NCBI GenBank assembly: GCA_964571375.1
Contig: CAZNBL010000002.1
Span: forward strand, 3,599 to 67,598
DNA: 64,000 nt
Reading direction: 5' to 3'
Source of the DNA: an uncultured Burkholderiaceae bacterium
GTDB taxonomy: Bacteria > Pseudomonadota > Gammaproteobacteria > Burkholderiales > Burkholderiaceae_F
Below the pieces are notes generated by a model. It was not told where the DNA came from, ran no database searches, and saw only the letters and a list, made by a program, of their open reading frames with translations. The first letter of the stretch is position 1. Every line of letters begins with the position of its first letter. A program made the translations under genes and the position numbers. Of this stretch, positions 41,066 to 51,706 are shown in pieces.

Positions 41066-42097
41066 TCAAGCAAAATGGTTGAAAGAGCTGCCCAATTCAA
41101 CGGCGGCTCCGTCGGCATCGAGCACCTGCAGAGGCTGATTGCCGGAAACAATCCGGCCGATGCGCGTCACACGGCACCCGAACTTGCCGTCCAAGGATCC
41201 GATCTGATCCCGAACTTCGGCAGGAGCCGTAAATATCAATTCGTAATCATCTCCGCCCGAAAGTACGCAGCGTTTCTGCCAATCCTCGGACAGACGGGAC
41301 ATTGCCTCGGATCGGGGCATGGCATCCCAATCGAGTACCGCCGATACCTTCGAGCGCTCCAGGATATGTCCCAAGTCACCCGCCAGGCCGTCGGAAATAT
41401 CCGCTGCGGCGCTTGCGAGAGTAAGGAGTGCCTCACCGAGCTCCACTCTCGGAGTCGGCGTATCCATACGGGAAGCAAAATAAGTGAAGTCTTCGCTGTT
41501 GCACGTGAGATTTCCCCAGTGCACGGAGAGTGCGGCGAAAGCGTCCCCCGGAGTTCCCGACACCCAGATATCGTCGCCGGGAGCCGCGCCCGAACGCGTA
41601 AGACCGCGTCCTGCAGGCAGCTCGCCCATCACGGTAATCGAGATGGTGTACTTGGATTTTCCTTCGATTACGGGGGATTTGGTTGTGTCGCCGCCTCTGA
41701 GCGGGCAACCGTAGCGTTCGGACTCTTCGAAAAGTCCGCGCGAGAACCTCTCCAGCCAGGCTTCGTCAGCCTTCGGAAGAGCAATCGATAAGAAAAATGC
41801 ACGGGGCTTGGATCCGGCAGCAGCCAGATCGGAGAGATTCACGGCCAGTGCTTTGCGTCCCACTGTATAGGGATCGGCCGTGTCGAGAAAATGCGTGCTC
41901 TGAGCCATCATGTCGGCAGACACCGCAATGCGGGTTGCGCCTACGTCTAAAAAGGCACAATCGTCACCGACTCCTTGTGACGGCCAGGCTTCAGGAAATG
42001 AACAACGCTGAGTAAAGAAGCGGCCGATCATGGAAAATTCATCCACGGCCGCTTCTTTATTGGATTCCGTAGGTCGACTCGGAGGTTCGTCTGTCAT
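41066..42097 (-). CDS. thiL: Thiamine-monophosphate kinase
   Basis: EFSMIGRFF N-terminal motif; AIR-synthase-like fold signatures; conserved nusB-thiL-pgpA order. Confidence 0.9.
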   Translation of the reverse strand: MTDEPPSRPTESNKEAAVDEFSMIGRFFTQRCSFPEAWPSQGVGDDCAFLDVGATRIAVSADMMAQSTHFLDTADPYTVGRKALAVNLSDLAAAGSKPRAFFLSIALPKADEAWLERFSRGLFEESERYGCPLRGGDTTKSPVIEGKSKYTISITVMGELPAGRGLTRSGAAPGDDIWVSGTPGDAFAALSVHWGNLTCNSEDFTYFASRMDTPTPRVELGEALLTLASAAADISDGLAGDLGHILERSKVSAVLDWDAMPRSEAMSRLSEDWQKRCVLSGGDDYELIFTAPAEVRDQIGSLDGKFGCRVTRIGRIVSGNQPLQVLDADGAAVELGSSFNHFA

Positions 42098-42103
42098 ACG
42101 AAA

Positions 42104-42583
42104 TCAGGCTTTCTTTACCTCGAAAGCGCGCAGAACCGGAACGAGCTTGTCGAGCACGCCGTTCACATAACGGTAGCCGTCTGTACCGCCGAAGCTCTTG
42201 GCAAGTTCCACAGCTTCGTTGATAACGACACGGTACGGTGTCTGCGGATTATTCTTGAGCTCGAATGTACCGAGCAGAAGAATGGAACGTTCGATCGGAG
42301 AAAGGCTCGATGTTTCGCGATCGATGTGAGCAGCATATGTTGCTTCGAGATCGGCGAAATTGTCGATGACGCCGTGCAGCAGATCGCGGTAGAACTCGGC
42401 ATCAACCTGTTCGAAATCGTCCTGCTCGATAGCGGCGGCATCGATCGTAGCGGCTTCTGTACCGCTCAGCAGCCATTCATAAATGCCCTTGATGGCAAAT
42501 TCACGGGAACGGCGACGGGCACCGCGGCCGCCTCTTTTCTTAGTGTGTTCGGCGCGTGCCTGAACCTTCTTTTCTTCTGTCAT
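42104..42583 (-). CDS. nusB: Transcription antitermination factor NusB
   Basis: RRRSREFAIKGIYEW; 159 aa; follows ribH. Confidence 0.9.
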   Translation of the reverse strand: MTEEKKVQARAEHTKKRGGRGARRRSREFAIKGIYEWLLSGTEAATIDAAAIEQDDFEQVDAEFYRDLLHGVIDNFADLEATYAAHIDRETSSLSPIERSILLLGTFELKNNPQTPYRVVINEAVELAKSFGGTDGYRYVNGVLDKLVPVLRAFEVKKA

Positions 42584-42588
42584 AAAAA

Positions 42589-43074
42589 TTACTCTTCGCC
42601 TTCTTCATTGAAGGAATTCTGAACTCTTCTGCGGAGATTGCCCATTTCTACAGCAACACGAGCACCGTCTCTGCCCTTTTCTTCGACGCGGACACGAGCC
42701 TGTTCCTCGTTTTCCACAGTCAGGATCACATTGGCAATGGAAATGCCTTCACGGCTGATCATATCGGTAATACCGCGTGCACTTTCATTGGATACCAGCT
42801 CGAAGTGGTAAGTCTCGCCGCGGATAACGCAGCCGATCGCAATCATGGCGTCGAAATCCTGCATATCGTAGAGCGAAGTCAGTGCAAACGGGACTTCCAG
42901 TGCGCCCGGCACAGTGACCGTCACGATGTTTTCTTCCTGTACGCCAAGAGCCTTCAGCTCGGCCAAACAAGCATTGAAAAGACCTTCTGTAGCCCACTCG
43001 TTGAAGCGAGCCATAACAATACCGATCTTCAAATCCTTGCCGTCCATGACGGGTTCAATAAACTGGATGGGCAC
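42589..43074 (-). CDS. ribH: 6,7-dimethyl-8-ribityllumazine synthase
   Basis: [12 protein letters not shown] and [10 protein letters not shown] motifs; 161 aa. Confidence 0.95.
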   Translation of the reverse strand: MPIQFIEPVMDGKDLKIGIVMARFNEWATEGLFNACLAELKALGVQEENIVTVTVPGALEVPFALTSLYDMQDFDAMIAIGCVIRGETYHFELVSNESARGITDMISREGISIANVILTVENEEQARVRVEEKGRDGARVAVEMGNLRRRVQNSFNEEGEE

Positions 43075-43117
43075 AATGCACTCCGGAAATTATGTGTTTG
43101 AATCTTAGGATTTTACC

Positions 43118-43154
43118 AAAAATGCAAAAGGCTCCCACAATCACTGCAGGAGCC
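43118..43154 (-). terminator. Possible terminator between ribE and ribH
   Basis: Stem GGCTCC (43130-43135) pairs with GGAGCC (43149-43154). On the minus strand it is followed by TTTTGCATTTTT. Confidence 0.45.
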
Positions 43155-43172
43155 GATCGTAACGACAGATTA

Positions 43173-43781
43173 TTAAGCGCCGCAGCTCATCGAATTCATA
43201 CGTTCGACGTAGCGGGCGATCGTATCGACTTCAACGTTGACGAGATCGCGTCTCTTGGCGTACTTGAATGCTGTGTGTTCGAAAGTGTGCGGAATGATGT
43301 TGATCGACACGCGTGTGCCGGCCGGAACATCTTCGACGGTATTGATTGTCAGGGACACGCCGTTAACGGCGATCGAACCCTTGTATGCGAGGAACTTGCC
43401 GAGCTTCATCGGGCAACGGACAACAAGCTTGTAAGACTCGGCAACCTTGTCGAAAGACTCGATTTCACCGACGCCGTCGACGTGACCGGAAACAATATGA
43501 CCGTCAAGGCGGTCGCCGACTCTGAGAGCCTTTTCAAGGTTGACGTGGCCCCAGCCGTCAAGATTGGCAGTCTTGTCCAGAGATTCTGCAGAAACATCGA
43601 CCTTGAAGCGGTTTTCGTTGATTTCAACGACGGTCATGCAAGCGCCGTTGATCGCGATGGAATCGCCGACCTTGACTGTAGAGAGATCAAGTTCGGGAGC
43701 TTCAACTTCGATACGGAGACCGTCACCGAGTTCTTCGTTGTCGCGGATACGGCCGACTGCCTGAATAATTCCTGTAAACAT
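43173..43781 (-). CDS. ribE: Riboflavin synthase (alpha chain)
   Basis: MFTGIIQAVGRI and two lumazine-binding repeats; 202 aa. Confidence 0.95.
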   Translation of the reverse strand: MFTGIIQAVGRIRDNEELGDGLRIEVEAPELDLSTVKVGDSIAINGACMTVVEINENRFKVDVSAESLDKTANLDGWGHVNLEKALRVGDRLDGHIVSGHVDGVGEIESFDKVAESYKLVVRCPMKLGKFLAYKGSIAVNGVSLTINTVEDVPAGTRVSINIIPHTFEHTAFKYAKRRDLVNVEVDTIARYVERMNSMSCGA

Positions 43782-43794
43782 GCCTGTCCTTTCC

Positions 43795-44895
43795 TTAGTG
43801 TTTTGAATCCGGACGGAGAATCAGACGAATATCGCCGCCCGTTCTGTCCATACTTATAAATTTTAATTCTTTTGCTTCCGAGAGCTCCTCGATCAGCGGG
43901 AGCTTCAGAAGGCTGCGTCCTTCTCCGAGAATCTTCGGAGCGACATAAATCAGATATTCATCAATGAGACCGGCTTCGCTCAAAGCTCCGGTCAGTGTTG
44001 CACCGGCTTCGACATGCAATTCATTGACGCCCCGCTTGCCGAGCTCGGCCATCAATGCATGCAGATCGATCCTGCCGTCGTTGCCCGGCAGAATCAAAAC
44101 TTCCGTTCCGGATTCTTCGAAAGCTTTTTGCTTTACGGGATCAGCCTCGGCACAGACCAAAAGTGTCGGGCTGCCGCTGAAGATACGGTAGTGAGTATCG
44201 AGCGACATACGGCTGTCGAGTACGACCCGAAGCGGCTGACGCTCAACACCTTCAAGGCGGACGTTAAGCTGCGGATCATCATCGCGGACCGTACCGCTGC
44301 CGGTAAGAATTGCGCCCGCTCTCGCTCTCCAGCGCTGACCGTCGCCTCGGGCTTCGGGGCCGGTGATCCACTGACTCTTTCCGTTGGCAAGCGCGGTTTT
44401 GCCGTCGAGACTCATCGCCATCTTGGCGCGGACAAACGGCACGCCGCTCACCATACGGCGGATAAATCCGATATTGCGTTCGTAGGCTTCTTTTTCGCAG
44501 ACACCGACCGTCACTTCGATACCGGCTTCTTCGAGCATACGAAGACCGCGGCCGGCAACAAGAGGATTCGGGTCTTTAAGTGCGGCCACTACACGGCCCA
44601 CCTTGGCTTTGATCAAAGCTAAAGCACAGGGCGGCGTACGTCCCCAATGCGAACAAGGTTCGAGCGTGACGTAGGCTGTGGCACCTTCGATATTTTCCGA
44701 GCGGGATTCGGCATCTCTGAGCGCCATGACTTCGGCATGGGCGGAGCCGACTTTCTGGGTAAATCCTTTGCCGATGATGCGGTCGTCTCTGACCAATACG
44801 CATCCGACAGCAGGATTCGGCGGACAATGAAAAGCAGCGTTGTCGGCGAGTTTAAGCGCCTCGAGCATGTAGAACGTGTCTCGGCAGCTCATCAT
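43795..44895 (-). CDS. ribD: Bifunctional diaminohydroxyphosphoribosylaminopyrimidine deaminase / 5-amino-6-(5-phosphoribosylamino)uracil reductase
   Basis: Deaminase zinc motifs HAEVMAL and [14 protein letters not shown], plus a C-terminal reductase domain. Confidence 0.95.
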   Translation of the reverse strand: MMSCRDTFYMLEALKLADNAAFHCPPNPAVGCVLVRDDRIIGKGFTQKVGSAHAEVMALRDAESRSENIEGATAYVTLEPCSHWGRTPPCALALIKAKVGRVVAALKDPNPLVAGRGLRMLEEAGIEVTVGVCEKEAYERNIGFIRRMVSGVPFVRAKMAMSLDGKTALANGKSQWITGPEARGDGQRWRARAGAILTGSGTVRDDDPQLNVRLEGVERQPLRVVLDSRMSLDTHYRIFSGSPTLLVCAEADPVKQKAFEESGTEVLILPGNDGRIDLHALMAELGKRGVNELHVEAGATLTGALSEAGLIDEYLIYVAPKILGEGRSLLKLPLIEELSEAKELKFISMDRTGGDIRLILRPDSKH

Positions 44896-45359
44896 GATTT
44901 CTTGGATACGGCAAAGCCGAGTTTTTCCAAAGCTGCGACAAAATCGTCCGGTTCGCTGTAATTGAAGTAAACGCTGGCAAAGCGCATATATGCCACCTTG
45001 TCGAGAATTTCGAGCTCGCCAAGGACTAATTCACCGATTCGCTGCGACTCAATTTCTTTTTCGCCGAAACGAATCTTCTGTTCGATGCGGTCGACTGCAG
45101 CTTCGATCGCTGCAGCCGTGACCGGACGCTTGCGAAGAGCAAGCTCCATCGATTTCAACAGCTTTTCATGGCTGTACGGAACTCGCGTATGCCCGTCCCG
45201 CTTCACCACCAGAGGCATACTCAGAGCTACTTTCTCATAAGTCGTAAAACGACCGAGACAGCTCGGACAGCGTCTGCGGCGGCGAATAGCGTTACCGTCT
45301 TCGCTGGCGCGGGAATCAATCACCTGAGTATCAGGGTGCTTGCAGTACGGGCATTGCAT
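44892..45359 (-). CDS. nrdR: Transcriptional repressor NrdR
   Basis: [17 protein letters not shown] zinc ribbon plus ATP-cone. Its 3' end overlaps the ribD start by 4 nt. Confidence 0.95.
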   Translation of the reverse strand: MQCPYCKHPDTQVIDSRASEDGNAIRRRRRCPSCLGRFTTYEKVALSMPLVVKRDGHTRVPYSHEKLLKSMELALRKRPVTAAAIEAAVDRIEQKIRFGEKEIESQRIGELVLGELEILDKVAYMRFASVYFNYSEPDDFVAALEKLGFAVSKKS

Positions 45360-45382
45360 CTATACGAGTTCCTTTCGTCTCA

Positions 45383-46642
45383 TCAGAAGTAGACCGGGAA
45401 ACGAGCGGTCAGGCTCTGTACGCGAGCCTTAACATCGGCCTTAACGGCTTCGTCGTGCGGATTTTCGAGCACGTCGGCGATCAGGTCAGCAACTTCGCGG
45501 GCTTCGGCTTCCTTGAAACCGCGGGTTGTCATAGCCGGAGAACCGAGACGGATACCGCTGGTAACGAAGGGCTTTTCCGGATCGTTCGGGATGGCATTCT
45601 TGTTGACTGTAATGCAAACGTCGTGAAGAACGCTTTCAGCTTCCTTACCGGTGATGTGCTTGGAGCGCAGGTCAACGAGCATGACGTGGCTTTCAGTACG
45701 GCCGGAAACGATACGCAGACCGCGCTTTGTCAGCTGATCGGCCATTGCGGCAGCGTTGATAACAACCTGCTGCTGGTATTCCTTGTATTCCGGAGACAGA
45801 GCTTCCTTGAATGCAGCAGCCTTAGCAGCGATAACGTGCATGAGCGGGCCGCCCTGGATGCCGGGGAATACACCCATGTTGATCTGCTTTTCAAGGTCGG
45901 GACGGCAGAAGATCATGCCGCCGCGCGGACCGCGCAGTGTCTTGTGGGTTGTTGTTGTAACGATGTCGGCGTACGGGAACGGGCTCGGATAAACGCCTGC
46001 GGCGATAAGACCGGCATAGTGAGCCATGTCGACCATCAGGTATGCACCGACCTTGTGAGCGATGTCAGCAAAGCGCTTGAAATCGATACGCAGGGAGTAA
46101 GCGGAAGCACCGGTGATGATCAGCTTGGGCTTGTGTTCTTCAGCAAGACGTTCGACCTGTTCGTAGTCGATGGCTTCTTCGTCGTTCAGACCGTAGCTGA
46201 CAACATTGAACCACTTGCCGGACATGTTGAGCTTCATGCCGTGGGAGAGGTGACCGCCGTCAGCAAGGGACAGACCCATAACGGTGTCGCCGGGGTTCAG
46301 AAGGCCGAAGAAGACAGCCATGTTGGCCTGAGCACCGGAGTGCGGCTGAACGTTGACAGCCATTTCAACGCCGGCGGGCTTACAGAAGATTTCAAGAGCA
46401 CGGCTCTTAGCGAGACGTTCGACTTCGTCGACGTTTTCGCAACCGCCGTAGTAACGCTTGCCGGGATAGCCTTCAGCATACTTGTTGGTAAGCTGGCTGC
46501 CCTGAGCCTGCATAACAGCAGGAGATGCGTAGTTTTCGCTGGCGATCAGTTCGATGTGTTCTTCCTGACGGTGGCATTCAGCTGCAATATGCTGATAGAG
46601 CTCGGGATCCTTGATTGCGAGCGTATCTTCTTTTTTAAACAT
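45383..46642 (-). CDS. glyA: Serine hydroxymethyltransferase
   Basis: [14 protein letters not shown]-lysine motif; 419 aa. Confidence 0.97.
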   Translation of the reverse strand: MFKKEDTLAIKDPELYQHIAAECHRQEEHIELIASENYASPAVMQAQGSQLTNKYAEGYPGKRYYGGCENVDEVERLAKSRALEIFCKPAGVEMAVNVQPHSGAQANMAVFFGLLNPGDTVMGLSLADGGHLSHGMKLNMSGKWFNVVSYGLNDEEAIDYEQVERLAEEHKPKLIITGASAYSLRIDFKRFADIAHKVGAYLMVDMAHYAGLIAAGVYPSPFPYADIVTTTTHKTLRGPRGGMIFCRPDLEKQINMGVFPGIQGGPLMHVIAAKAAAFKEALSPEYKEYQQQVVINAAAMADQLTKRGLRIVSGRTESHVMLVDLRSKHITGKEAESVLHDVCITVNKNAIPNDPEKPFVTSGIRLGSPAMTTRGFKEAEAREVADLIADVLENPHDEAVKADVKARVQSLTARFPVYF

Positions 46643-46849
46643 GGGTACTCCTACTTAAAACATTTGTAATACTCAGGGCGACTTTATACACCCTTGTGGT
46701 TGCGGACTCATTATAGGAAGTATTCGCAGCATCGTTGTAAAAAAATTAACAATTCGCCGTTTTTACTTTGATTTTGTGCAATATATAAGCAACAGGATAG
46801 ATATAATCGGCACAACTGCGATTCATTATTATTCTTCAGGATTTGCCAA

Positions 46850-47212
46850 ATGACAGATACAACTACAGAAGACATCAAGCTTCCCGAACCGATCGTCTTT
46901 ACCGATGCAGCAAGCCAGAAGGTTGCTGAACTTATCGAAGAAGAAGGCAATCCGGCTCTCAAGCTGCGTGTTTTTGTTCAGGGCGGCGGCTGCTCCGGCT
47001 TCCAGTACGGTTTCACTTTTGACGAAGCCATCAACGAAGACGACTTCGTCATGGAAAAGGCCGGCGTCACCCTGCTGATCGACTCCATGAGCTACCAGTA
47101 CCTGGTCGGTGCCGAGATCGATTACAAGGAAGACCTCGAAGGCGCACAGTTCGTTATCAAGAACCCGAACGCCACAACAACCTGCAGCTGCGGTTCCAGC
47201 TTCTCGGTATAA
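46850..47212 (+). CDS. erpA: Iron-sulfur cluster insertion protein (A-type carrier)
   Basis: GGGCSGFQY and C-terminal CSCGSSF cysteine ligands; 120 aa. Confidence 0.9.
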   Translation: MTDTTTEDIKLPEPIVFTDAASQKVAELIEEEGNPALKLRVFVQGGGCSGFQYGFTFDEAINEDDFVMEKAGVTLLIDSMSYQYLVGAEIDYKEDLEGAQFVIKNPNATTTCSCGSSFSV

Positions 47213-47236
47213 GAGACGCGTAACACGCACCTAAGC

Positions 47237-47271
47237 AAAAAGCCTTGAGGATAATGACTCAAGGCTTTTTT
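47237..47271. terminator. Bidirectional terminator between erpA and anmK
   Basis: AAAAAGCCTTGAG ... CTCAAGGCTTTTTT: a 9-bp stem flanked by an A-run and a T-run. Confidence 0.7.
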
Positions 47272-47287
47272 GCTGTTCACTTACGGA

Positions 47288-48385
47288 TCAAGCCGGATAC
47301 AAACAACCGAGAATGCGCGCTCCGCGTGCTCCGGTAACCGACGGATCATTGCCGCACACCCGATCGACAAAGGCTTTGGCAAGCCAGGCAAAAGCGGCTC
47401 CCTCCACATCCTGTGTCGACAAACCCCTCTCATCGGTCACTCCTACCGTAAATTCCGGCAGTCTCTGCCGGATTCTTTCCATCAGAAGCGGATTCTGAGA
47501 ACCGCCGCCGCAGACATAGAGTTCGCGGATGCCGCCGCCGAGGTTTCTTAATGCTGCTGCAATCGAAACAGCCGTCAGCTCAAGCAATGTTCTTTGAACG
47601 TCTTCGGCTTTTTCTTCACCGCTCAGATAGTTCTGAAGCCAGCCGAGGTTGAAGAGCTCCCTGCCCGTACTCTTCGGCAGAGGACGCGCAAAATAGGGTT
47701 CCCTGAGCATTTCGTCGAGCATCGGAACAATCACTTCTCCCTTTGCCGCCCAACGCCCGTTCTCATCGTATCGGCGTCTCAGATGTTTCTCAATCCAGGC
47801 ATCCATCAGCATGTTGCCGGGACCGGTGTCGAATCCGATCAATGCCTCACCGGAGCCGGCAGGAGGCACAACCGTCACGTTGGCGATGCCCCCGATATTA
47901 AGGAGTGCCACCGGATGCTCCGATTCAAACCATGCCCGATGAAACGCCGGAACCAGGGGAGCGCCCTGACCGCCTGCGGCGATATCTCTGCTTCTGAAAT
48001 CGACGATCGTATCGATACCGCTTAATTCTGCGAGCAACGCTCCGTTGATAAGCTGGGTGGTTGCACCCGCTTCGGGACGATGTCGCACCGTCTGACCGTG
48101 AGCACCGAGCGCACGGATATCTCCGGGCTTCAGAGAAAGCTCGGAGAGCAGTTTGCCGACCGCTTCCGCATAAAGCACAGCAATACGGTTTTCGACATAC
48201 TGTGCCTTTTCTATCTCATTATTTCCCGGACCGCACAGATCGAGAATCGCACTTCTGAGATCAGCATCGATTGCCACCGAAGCACTGCCGATTGTCTCGG
48301 AAGCTGATTCGGAAAAAGAGACGGCGACGGCATCGACGGCATCGACGCTCGTGCCGGACATCAGGCCGATATAAATTTCTGACAT
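47288..48385 (-). CDS. anmK: Anhydro-N-acetylmuramic acid kinase
   Basis: IGLMSGTSVDAVDAV N-terminal motif; 365 aa. Confidence 0.9.
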   Translation of the reverse strand: MSEIYIGLMSGTSVDAVDAVAVSFSESASETIGSASVAIDADLRSAILDLCGPGNNEIEKAQYVENRIAVLYAEAVGKLLSELSLKPGDIRALGAHGQTVRHRPEAGATTQLINGALLAELSGIDTIVDFRSRDIAAGGQGAPLVPAFHRAWFESEHPVALLNIGGIANVTVVPPAGSGEALIGFDTGPGNMLMDAWIEKHLRRRYDENGRWAAKGEVIVPMLDEMLREPYFARPLPKSTGRELFNLGWLQNYLSGEEKAEDVQRTLLELTAVSIAAALRNLGGGIRELYVCGGGSQNPLLMERIRQRLPEFTVGVTDERGLSTQDVEGAAFAWLAKAFVDRVCGNDPSVTGARGARILGCLYPA

Positions 48386-48389
48386 AACA

Positions 48390-48415
48390 ACAAAAAGGCT
48401 CCGCGAAGGAGCCTT
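48390..48415 (-). terminator. Terminator after the M23 peptidase gene
   Basis: Stem AAGGCTCC/GGAGCCTT with a GCGAA loop. On the minus strand it is followed by TTTTTGTTGTT. Confidence 0.6.
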
Positions 48416-48426
48416 GGTTTTCCTAA

Positions 48427-49764
48427 TTAAGGGGTAGTTACCGTCTCGGTACTCTGAGCCAAATGCAGTTTGCCGAGAAGCGCGAGCTGACGCTTGAGCG
48501 GAGCGATCGCGACCTGGTACTGAACCAGGCTTTCCTTAGCAATACCGTCTTCGGTCGGAAGTTCGGCGGTCATCGGGTTGATCTGCTTGCCGTCCTTCTT
48601 GAGTTCGTAGTGCAGATGCGGACCGGTTACAAGGCCGGTACGACCGACGTAACCGATAAGCTCGCCCTTCTTAACCTTTCTGCCGACAGCCATTCCCTTG
48701 GCATAGCGGCTCATGTGCGCATAAATGGACTCATAGCCGTTGCCGTGGTTGATACAGAGCCAGTAACCGTAACCGCGTCTCTGATAACGCTTGTACTTGA
48801 TAACACCGTCGCTCGAAGCATAAATCGGAGTACCGGTCGGAGCGCCGAGGTCCACACCCCAGTGCGGACGCAGTTTACCGGTCACCGGATGACGTCTGAC
48901 CTGATTGAAAGCAGAAGTCACGCGTGCGGCAGTCGGCATACGGATGAATGTCTGTTCGTTGCTGTCGCCCTTGCTGTTGAAGTAGCCGGAGACATCGTCG
49001 CCTTCGAACCAATAGGCATCGATCAGATCGCCCTTGTTGTAGAACTCCATCGCAAGGAGTCTGCCGGCACCGAGATCGGCACCGTCAAGCTGACGTCTCT
49101 CATAAACAACGCTGAAGCTGTCGTTCTTGGCGATATCCTTCTTCAGATCGAGCTTGTTGCCGAGCTGCTGCTTGACCTGTGCAAGCACATTGGCAGGAAT
49201 CTTGGCTTCGCGGCCGGCTTCTTCGAGCGTGGTGCTGATCACTCCGCTCGCAGCTACTGCATGCACGTCGAATGCCACGGTCTTATTACCGTGTGTGAAA
49301 CGGTCTTTTACGGTCGGGCGGGAGACGTGATAGAAAGAAATATCCTTGGAAAGAACATCGGTCGGACGCAGAATACGGACCGAAAGTACCTTGCCTTCGG
49401 GGGTAAGGCGGGCCTGAACGGTACGGCCGATATGAAGTCTTGCGAATGCGTTGGAGCGTACGGGACGGATATTGTTGACGTAGTTAATAAACTTTCTGTC
49501 GTTGATGCCCAGACGCTTGAATACGGTATTGCTGGTGTCTTTCGGCTGGATCTTGGTTTCGGTGAACACGTGATCCATTTCACTTGCCCAACGCTCGATG
49601 AGATTTCCGAGATCCACTTCACCGGCTTTTTCGAGGACAGTATTCCCGGCATGCTTGGCCGGCGCAATATCAGCGGCGGCGAATGCCAATTGGGATGCCG
49701 TCGCTACGGCTGCAACAAAAAATGCGCACGTAATCTGACGCCATTGAAAATTCAGAATGTTCAA
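48427..49764 (-). CDS. M23-family murein endopeptidase (MepM-like)
   Basis: Signal peptide; HWGVDLGAPTGTPIYA, NHGNGYESIYAH and GPHLHYE zinc-ligand motifs. Confidence 0.85.
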   Translation of the reverse strand: MNILNFQWRQITCAFFVAAVATASQLAFAAADIAPAKHAGNTVLEKAGEVDLGNLIERWASEMDHVFTETKIQPKDTSNTVFKRLGINDRKFINYVNNIRPVRSNAFARLHIGRTVQARLTPEGKVLSVRILRPTDVLSKDISFYHVSRPTVKDRFTHGNKTVAFDVHAVAASGVISTTLEEAGREAKIPANVLAQVKQQLGNKLDLKKDIAKNDSFSVVYERRQLDGADLGAGRLLAMEFYNKGDLIDAYWFEGDDVSGYFNSKGDSNEQTFIRMPTAARVTSAFNQVRRHPVTGKLRPHWGVDLGAPTGTPIYASSDGVIKYKRYQRRGYGYWLCINHGNGYESIYAHMSRYAKGMAVGRKVKKGELIGYVGRTGLVTGPHLHYELKKDGKQINPMTAELPTEDGIAKESLVQYQVAIAPLKRQLALLGKLHLAQSTETVTTP

Positions 49765-49965
49765 GGTTCTGCTCTCAGTTAATCGATAGAAACCGCTGAA
49801 AAATAAGCAACAGCATGAACCGATGCGAACAAATCAGCACATCTCATATAAAATGGGAAACAGTCTATAAAGACTTAATTCCTGAGGTGAATCTTTAAAA
49901 TTATAGGTGATTTCACTCATCTGCACCTCGGTAGAAACGATTCCCTTATTTTCGGATGTAATGAA

Positions 49966-51219
49966 ATGTCAGATACAGCAGTAGAAGAAAAGAAGTACCC
50001 GGTCACACCCGAGGTCAAAAGCGCAATGGCTCTTATCAAACGAGGCATTGACACTCTCCTGATGGAAGATGATCTCGAACAGAAACTGGCTCGGTCTGCT
50101 GCCACAGGCAAGCCGCTGCGCATCAAGCTCGGCCTTGACCCCACAGCTCCTGATATTCACCTCGGCCACACTGTCGTCCTCAACAAGCTCCGCCAGTTCC
50201 AGGACCTCGGCCACAAGGTGATCTTCCTGATCGGTGACTTCACCAGTGCTATCGGCGACCCGTCCGGCCGCAACACAACCCGTCCGCCGCTTACACGCGA
50301 ACAGATCGAAAACAATGCCAAGACCTATCTGGACCAGGCCGCTCTCGTTCTCGACCGTGAAAAGACAGAAGTCCGCTATAACTCCGAATGGACCAATAAG
50401 CTCGGCGCCGACGGCCTGATCAAACTGGCTTCCCGCTACACACTCGCCCGTCTGCTCGAACGTGACGATTTCGCAAAGCGCTACGCTGAAAACGCTCCGA
50501 TCGCCATGCACGAACTCATCTACCCGCTCATGCAGGGTTATGACTCCGTAGCTCTTGAAAGCGACGTCGAACTCGGCGGTTCCGACCAGCGCTTCAACCT
50601 GCTCGTCGGTCGCGAACTTCAGCGTCAGTACGGCCAGGAACCGCAGTGCATCCTGACAATGCCGCTGCTGGTCGGTCTCGACGGCGTCAACAAGATGAGC
50701 AAGTCCAAGCACAACTACATCGGCATCACTGACGAACCGAACGAAATGTTCGGCAAGGTCATGTCCATCTCCGACGACCTGATGTGGAACTGGTACGACC
50801 TCCTCTCCCTTAAGAGCAACGAAGAAATCGCTCAGATCAAGGAAGAATGCGCCAACGGCAGAAACCCGCGCGACGCCAAGGTTCTGCTTGCTAAGGAAAT
50901 CGTCGAACGCTTCCACAACAAGGACGCTGCCGACAAGGCCGAAGCCGAATTCAACAACCGCTTCCGCAACGGTGCTGTTCCGGAAAACATTCCTGAAGTT
51001 AAGCTCGTCTGCACAGCCGAAGGCCTCAGCCTGCCGAAGTTCATCAAGGACGCCGGTCTTGCTCCGTCCTCTGCCGAAGCTACCCGCAATGTCGAACAGG
51101 GCGGCGTACACCTCAACGGCGAACGTATCAGCGACCGCAAGCACAAGGTTATGCCGGGCGAATACGTTCTTCAGGTCGGCAAGCGCAAGTGGGCACGCGT
51201 CTTCCTGACAGCGGAGTAA
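49966..51219 (+). CDS. tyrS: Tyrosine--tRNA ligase
   Basis: HLGH (HIGH-class) and KMSKS motifs; C-terminal S4-like domain; 417 aa. Confidence 0.95.
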   Translation: MSDTAVEEKKYPVTPEVKSAMALIKRGIDTLLMEDDLEQKLARSAATGKPLRIKLGLDPTAPDIHLGHTVVLNKLRQFQDLGHKVIFLIGDFTSAIGDPSGRNTTRPPLTREQIENNAKTYLDQAALVLDREKTEVRYNSEWTNKLGADGLIKLASRYTLARLLERDDFAKRYAENAPIAMHELIYPLMQGYDSVALESDVELGGSDQRFNLLVGRELQRQYGQEPQCILTMPLLVGLDGVNKMSKSKHNYIGITDEPNEMFGKVMSISDDLMWNWYDLLSLKSNEEIAQIKEECANGRNPRDAKVLLAKEIVERFHNKDAADKAEAEFNNRFRNGAVPENIPEVKLVCTAEGLSLPKFIKDAGLAPSSAEATRNVEQGGVHLNGERISDRKHKVMPGEYVLQVGKRKWARVFLTAE

Positions 51220-51223
51220 TCCC

Positions 51224-51679
51224 ATGATTGCCCTTCTGCAGCGTGTCTCCGAGGCCTCCTGCGTTGCCGACAGCACTCTTTCGGGTGCTATCGGCAAGGG
51301 TTTGCTGCTTCTTGTCTGCGCCCAAAGAGAAGACAACGAAGCCAACGCCAGAGCTCTGGCTCAGAAGGTGCTCAAGTACCGTGTATTCACGGATGAAAAC
51401 GGCAAGATGAACCTTAGCGTGCAGGACGTTCAGGGCGGCATCCTTGCGGTTTCTCAATTTACGCTTGCTGCCGATACCGGCAGCGGCACCCGTGCAAGCT
51501 TTACTCCGGCAGCAGAGCCCGTCCTGGCCGAACACCTCTATGAGGTATTCGTCGACGAGCTCCGCCGCAGCGGCCTTCAGATTGAGACCGGCGTGTTCGG
51601 CGCCCATATGAAGGTATCTCTGGTCAATGACGGACCTGTCACCTTCTGGCTTCAGGTTCCGAAACGAACAGGCAACTGA
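51224..51679 (+). CDS. dtd: D-aminoacyl-tRNA deacylase
   Basis: MIALLQRV..., SQFTL and NDGPVT motifs; 151 aa. It starts 4 nt after the tyrS stop. Confidence 0.95.
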   Translation: MIALLQRVSEASCVADSTLSGAIGKGLLLLVCAQREDNEANARALAQKVLKYRVFTDENGKMNLSVQDVQGGILAVSQFTLAADTGSGTRASFTPAAEPVLAEHLYEVFVDELRRSGLQIETGVFGAHMKVSLVNDGPVTFWLQVPKRTGN

Positions 51680-51706
51680 TCGATTTCGGTGTAAAGGAGA
51701 ACAAAG

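Noticed and set aside
46643-46849. Possible riboswitch (ZTP, THF or glycine type) in the glyA/erpA divergent region
   Set aside because: The putative glyA 5' UTR after a TATAAT box is only about 70 nt. It contains none of the conserved cores I know for those riboswitches (for example GGGTCGTGAC...CCGCCTGGGC for ZTP).
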